Assembly: GCA_031370005.1 (NCBI GenBank) | Contig: JANMPT010000024.1 | Location: 128,001 to 192,000 of the forward strand | Direction of reading: 5' to 3' | Source: Bdellovibrionales bacterium | GTDB lineage: Bacteria; Bdellovibrionota; Bdellovibrionia; Bdellovibrionales; Bdellovibrionaceae | Length of the DNA stretch: 64,000 nucleotides | Shown: one piece after another, positions 59,551-64,000 of the stretch | Layout of the letters: the number at the start of each line of letters is the position of its first letter | Numbering within the stretch: the first letter of the stretch is position 1 | Notes under the pieces: model-generated | The model's input: only the letters and a program-made list of their open reading frames with translations | Told to the model about the DNA's origin: nothing | Databases searched by the model: none | Translations under genes and position numbers: made by a program

Positions 59551-60732
59551 TTATTTCAGTTCGAGGCCAACAACTTGCCAGAACTCAGGAAAACTTTTAT
59601 TAACGACTTCGGGATTTTGAATGCGGATAGGATAGCCTTGAGATTTAACTAGAGCAGCGGCAAAGGCTAGACGATGGTCGTGATCTGTATCATAGTCAAA
59701 TGCGGCGATTAAGGACTTATCTTTTGTTTGAGGATAAATAATCATTCCATCTGAGAGCGCTTCATTTTTCACGCCTATCAAGGTCAAAAGCTCTGCCACT
59801 TTAGCAATCCGATTTGATTCCTTGTGTATTAATTGTGGAGCCCCGAAAAGCTTGGATGGTGTTTTGGCTGAAGCACATAGTACGGAAAGCACTGGAAACA
59901 AATCGGGACATGACTTTAGATTGGCATCAACTCCATAAAAGTCTTTAGTTGGAAATACTTTTACGGAGTTTCCGTTGTGTTCAAACATGATTCCCATTCT
60001 TTGGAAGAACTCCAAAAACTCAGAATCAGGTTGAAGGCTTGGTCGTGGGTAATGGTGGAATACGGCTTCACCATTTAAGACTGAAAAAGCGGCAACTGCG
60101 AACAGCGAACTAAGGTCACTTTCAACTTGATATTTTTTTTTCGTGATCTCGCTGCCGGCTTCTATTATTATTCCTGATTCCGTCCTGTTGATTTTCATTC
60201 CAAGATGCTGAACCAACTGCAAGGTCATTTCTAGATAGCCCTCACTCATTGGCTCGCCAATCATTTCTAATTTCAAATCTTGATCTAAATTCCAGGCGTT
60301 CAGAATCAATCCCGAAGCAAATTGACTAGAAACAGTTCTTTGGACAATCATGGGGCGGGATAAGTTTTTCCAACCCTTTGAGTGTAAGGTCATATGCTCT
60401 TTTGAAAGCTCGTAGCCGACATCGAGTCTTTTAAATAGATCCAACAAGTCTTGTTGGGGACGTTGCAAAAGTCGTTCTGTGCCCCTAAGAACATGAGTCC
60501 CAGGGATTCGGCTTAAGCGCAAAGATAAAAATCGTAAGACTGTACCTGCGGCTCCGCAATCATAGATTGCATTTTCATTTTTTAATAATTTAATAGCCGC
60601 TTCCATTTTGACAACATCGTCGCAGGAAGAGCTTCCTAATAATTGAAGCCCTTCCGAGTAAGATGAGCAGATCAAGGCTCTGTTCATAATAGACTTAGAG
60701 GCCGGGATGGTTCCGCTATATTTAAAGGTCAT
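59551..60732 (-). CDS. aroA: 3-phosphoshikimate 1-carboxyvinyltransferase (EPSP synthase)
   Basis: ASKSIMNRAL, GAAGTVLRF, SSQFASG, KESNRI, DHRLA, KSFPEFW. Confidence 0.95.
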   Translation of the reverse strand: MTFKYSGTIPASKSIMNRALICSSYSEGLQLLGSSSCDDVVKMEAAIKLLKNENAIYDCGAAGTVLRFLSLRLSRIPGTHVLRGTERLLQRPQQDLLDLFKRLDVGYELSKEHMTLHSKGWKNLSRPMIVQRTVSSQFASGLILNAWNLDQDLKLEMIGEPMSEGYLEMTLQLVQHLGMKINRTESGIIIEAGSEITKKKYQVESDLSSLFAVAAFSVLNGEAVFHHYPRPSLQPDSEFLEFFQRMGIMFEHNGNSVKVFPTKDFYGVDANLKSCPDLFPVLSVLCASAKTPSKLFGAPQLIHKESNRIAKVAELLTLIGVKNEALSDGMIIYPQTKDKSLIAAFDYDTDHDHRLAFAAALVKSQGYPIRIQNPEVVNKSFPEFWQVVGLELK

Positions 60733-60735
60733 GAA

Positions 60736-61782
60736 TTAAGAAGCCTTTTTAAGTGGTATTTTTGTTTGAACGCTTCTCTCCATAATCTTGCCCAGTTGAG
60801 TGATCTTTAACATCAACTCACTAAAATCACTGGGCAGTAGTGCTTGAGGTCCATCAGAAAGTGCCTCCTCAGGCTTATCATGGACCTCAATAATTAAGGA
60901 GTCTGCTCCAGCTGCCATTCCCGCCAAAGCCATGGGAGCAACCAGGTGGCGATGGCCTGTTCCATGACTCGGATCAACAACGATAGGGAGATGAGTCAGG
61001 TTTTTTAGAATAGGAACCACATTTAAATCCAAAGTGTTTCTTGAATACTGCGTATCAAATGTTCTTATGCCGCGCTCACAAAGGATTACTTTATGGTTTC
61101 CGCCGGCAAGAATATATTCAGCACTCATAAGCCATTCCTCGACGGTAGCTGACATTCCTCGTTTTAATAAAATTGGCTTATCAATTTTGCCAAGTTCTTT
61201 TAAAAGAGAAAAGTTTTGCATATTTCTAGCACCAATTTGAATGATATCTACGTAGTCCATCATCATATTGAGTCCATCCAGATCCATAGCTTCTGAAACA
61301 ATGGGAAGTCCTGTTTGATCTGAAGCTTTTCTCAGAATTTTTAAACCTTCCAAGCCCATTCCCTGAAAAGCATAGGGAGAGCTTCTGGGTTTAAAAGCAC
61401 CTCCGCGTATAACTGTAGCGCCAGCATTTTTAACAGCATGTGCAATACGCAAAGTCTGGTCCTCACTTTCAACAGAGCAAGGTCCCGCCATTACACAAAA
61501 AGTATTTCTACCAAAATTAACGCCCTTAATATTGAACTCAGAGCCTTGGGGATTTGCAGCAAGAGACGCAAGTTTGAATGGCTTCGATACTCGCATCACA
61601 CGCTCAATTTCGGGAAAAACCTCAAAAGCCGTTAAAGAAATTTTTTCAGTTTTTCCCAATACGCTCACCGTCATTTGATCTCTTCCCTCTACGATGTGAG
61701 GCATGCCTCCGAGGTCTTTGATTTTATTAACGACGGCTTGTATTTGCTCTGGTTTCAGTCCTTTTTTTATAACGATGATCAT
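60736..61782 (-). CDS. aroF: DAHP synthase, class I-beta, with N-terminal regulatory domain
   Basis: [46 protein letters not shown]. Confidence 0.95.
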   Translation of the reverse strand: MIIVIKKGLKPEQIQAVVNKIKDLGGMPHIVEGRDQMTVSVLGKTEKISLTAFEVFPEIERVMRVSKPFKLASLAANPQGSEFNIKGVNFGRNTFCVMAGPCSVESEDQTLRIAHAVKNAGATVIRGGAFKPRSSPYAFQGMGLEGLKILRKASDQTGLPIVSEAMDLDGLNMMMDYVDIIQIGARNMQNFSLLKELGKIDKPILLKRGMSATVEEWLMSAEYILAGGNHKVILCERGIRTFDTQYSRNTLDLNVVPILKNLTHLPIVVDPSHGTGHRHLVAPMALAGMAAGADSLIIEVHDKPEEALSDGPQALLPSDFSELMLKITQLGKIMERSVQTKIPLKKAS

Positions 61783-62990
61783 TTGGCCTTCCTTTTTAGA
61801 TATATACTTTCGTAAATTTGATGAGCTTTCGAGAACAAATCACGTAAGCTCTTAATATTTGATTTATTTTTTTTAATAGGATTATTTATTGACGGCACTT
61901 GTGATAAGTCTTCGTCAGTATTTAATGTTGCAATAAGTGATTTAACGTCGTTTAAATTCCCTTCAAAATCATTGAGGGCCTTGATAAGATTTTTTTGATT
62001 TTTTCTAAAAACAGGATCCCACATTTTAAAATCAGATCCATTGAGTCGAAGGAGCTCCTTCGCGGCACTTGGAATCAGTTGTGACAAGTGGTGGAGATGG
62101 GTTTTTTCAAGAGTTAAACCTAAAGACATGGATAAAAGCTGAAGTAGGTGACTTGTGTAGGCGAGACTCTCATTATGGATGTCACTCTTGGTTGCTAAAG
62201 ATTCTGCGCCTAAAGAATTTGCCAAGCATTCTATTGATGCGAGGGCCTCGGAGGAAATAAGTTCGGGATGAGTGATGCAAATAGTTTTTCCATAAAATAA
62301 ATCGGATTGAGCTGATTGGTAGCCAGTGACCTCTTTCCCAGCCAATGGGTGAAAGCCGATGACATTGTTTATATGGTCCTGGTAACTGCCTAGATTTAGA
62401 GTAAGCTTGTTTTTTAATGCAAGCTGGGCGCCAAATTTATTATTGATATCTATAGGTGCTGCCAGAAATAAAAAATCAAGATCTTCTAATTGATGAATAT
62501 TTACAATTTGAAAAGTGGATTTTGCATTGGCCTTATTCCAAGATTCGAACTCGGTGATTGCAAGATAAGGGTCGTATATGAGGAACTTCCATTGTGGGAA
62601 TTGTTCGCGTAATGCCAAGGCTATGGAGGCGCCCATAAGTCCAAACCCTAAAAATCCAAAGCTACCCCTTGAGGAAATAATCTTGGATTCCCTTGCCGAA
62701 TTGATAAGGGTTCTGGCTTTTTCGGTGTGCCGGTAAAAATCAATCATTTTCATGAAAAGCGTTTGAATTTCAGCGTCTTTAAGGTCGACGCGTTTGCTTT
62801 TTATGATTTTATCTAGAATTTGTTTTTCGCGATTGGGATCGTGGATTTCATAGGAATGCTTTTTTTTCCATTCTCCAACTTTAAAAACCAGGGAGGCTCT
62901 TTCGTCGAATAATTGAATGAGCCTTTCATCAACGACATCAATACAATCACGGAATTTTTGGAGAGTTTTGAGCTCTTCATCAGGTATCAT
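61779..62990 (-). CDS. tyrA: Chorismate mutase / prephenate dehydrogenase fusion
   Basis: AroQ domain FRDCIDVVDERL...R...VGEWK...DPNRE; TyrA domain GFGLMGAS, GFHPLAGKE, HNESLAYTSHL; start uncertain (62990 ATG, 63020 GTG or 63086). Confidence 0.85.
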   Translation of the reverse strand: MIPDEELKTLQKFRDCIDVVDERLIQLFDERASLVFKVGEWKKKHSYEIHDPNREKQILDKIIKSKRVDLKDAEIQTLFMKMIDFYRHTEKARTLINSARESKIISSRGSFGFLGFGLMGASIALALREQFPQWKFLIYDPYLAITEFESWNKANAKSTFQIVNIHQLEDLDFLFLAAPIDINNKFGAQLALKNKLTLNLGSYQDHINNVIGFHPLAGKEVTGYQSAQSDLFYGKTICITHPELISSEALASIECLANSLGAESLATKSDIHNESLAYTSHLLQLLSMSLGLTLEKTHLHHLSQLIPSAAKELLRLNGSDFKMWDPVFRKNQKNLIKALNDFEGNLNDVKSLIATLNTDEDLSQVPSINNPIKKNKSNIKSLRDLFSKAHQIYESIYLKRKAK

Positions 62991-63312
62991 ATTAATGGCT
63001 AAATTTTTTAAATGATTCACTTTTTTTCCACGAAAAGGTTTAAGCATCCCCCAATTGCTTTTCGGCAGAAAAAAAAGAAAACTCAATACCTTTGTCTGAA
63101 CCTTTGTCCGAAAAAACAGAAATTAATGGCGAAGATATCTCACTTTGAGACATGAGAGCAGCCACTGTTAAGCGTACCGATTCCAATAAGCGCTAAATAT
63201 GAGCAATTTCAATATGTTATAAAGATTTTCTTGCTTTTTGTTTTGCATTTGTGTTACACAACCAAAGTCCAACACAAACTAGCATAATCTTTAAAAAAGG
63301 ATTTTCGAAAAA

Positions 63313-64000
63313 ATGCTTTATCAGTGGCTCTATTCTTTCGCGGATCATTTTTCCCCTTTGAACATCTTTCGCTATATTACGGTTCGTACTTTTATTTCTT
63401 TTTTCACTTCGTTTTTCATGGCCTGGATGTGGGGTCCTTACTTTATTAATCGCCTAAAAGAAAAGCATTTTGCTCAAAATATTCGTGATGACGGGCCTCA
63501 AACCCACATGATAAAAGCCGGAACTCCAACTATGGGCGGTGGCTTGATTTTATTAAGTGCTTTAGTGCCCTGTCTGTTATGGGTGGATTTGTTGAGTCCT
63601 TTAGTTTTGGCCGTTATCGCGGTGACTCTTGGGTTTGGCCTGATCGGCTACGTGGATGACTATTTAAAGGTTAGCAAGAAAAACTCAAAAGGCTTAGCTG
63701 GTAAAACTCGGCTTTTGGGAGAGTTTTTAATTTCGGGAGTCACGGTTTTTGTTTTGGTTCACTTCTTTGAGCTTTCGACTGTGGTTGCTGTACCTTTTAT
63801 AAAAACTCTGAACATTGATTTGGGTTATTACTATGTATTTTTCGCCGCCCTTGTGATTACAGGGACAGCAAACGCTGTGAATCTGACTGACGGCCTTGAT
63901 GGATTGGCAATTGTCCCAGTGATTATTTCTGCAAGTACTTTGGGTTTGTTTTCATATGTTGTTGGTCATTATTCGATTGCGACTTATTTGCAAATTCCTC
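63313..64000 (+). CDS. mraY: Phospho-N-acetylmuramoyl-pentapeptide transferase, runs off the window edge
   Basis: Not in the ORF track. Manual translation: MLYQWLY...FRYITVR...[18 protein letters not shown]...GYVDDYLK...[13 protein letters not shown]. Confidence 0.97.
   Translation, partial: MLYQWLYSFADHFSPLNIFRYITVRTFISFFTSFFMAWMWGPYFINRLKEKHFAQNIRDDGPQTHMIKAGTPTMGGGLILLSALVPCLLWVDLLSPLVLAVIAVTLGFGLIGYVDDYLKVSKKNSKGLAGKTRLLGEFLISGVTVFVLVHFFELSTVVAVPFIKTLNIDLGYYYVFFAALVITGTANAVNLTDGLDGLAIVPVIISASTLGLFSYVVGHYSIATYLQIP

Noticed and set aside
1..64000. CRISPR arrays, tRNA/rRNA genes, IS elements
   Set aside because: No regularly spaced repeats, cloverleaf or rRNA signatures, or transposase ORFs seen by eye; a covariance-model scan is needed to exclude small ncRNAs

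Overview
Bacterial chromosomal segment. Gene content and order (orphan CpaF, DacB/SLT pair, LspA with a HAMP-like tail, motAB, atypical UPRTase, many signal-peptide hypotheticals) suggest a Bdellovibrio-like predator (Bdellovibrionota); this is an inference. Housekeeping blocks: E2 acyltransferase, sfsA, dsbA, eno, ftsB-like, polA; rluB, dsbD, motAB, lspA, dacB, folA-thyA, hpt, upp; and a dcw cluster (rsmH-ftsL-ftsI-murE-murF...mraY). No rRNA, tRNA, CRISPR array or transposase was recognised. Points of interest: (1) an accessory block at 16.8-27.2 kb with an exported transglutaminase-TPR protein, a two-gene lipoprotein operon (collagen-like protein plus a 914-aa protein with a pore-former-like hydrophobic hairpin and coiled coil), and a degenerate class III cyclase paired with a tandem cNMP-binding protein; (2) a perfect 55-bp palindrome at 45694-45748 whose arm recurs at 9978 and 13337 and forms a sigma70-type promoter; (3) a dcw cluster split by an opposite-strand esterase and by a ~7.3-kb opposite-strand aromatic amino acid plus GT-C glycosyltransferase block; (4) a frameshifted DUF2914-like gene; (5) candidate sigma28 promoters whose products often end in Ala-Ala, several probable leaderless genes, and a recurring RxPAS peptide motif. 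Annotations come from motif recognition by eye; no database search was run.
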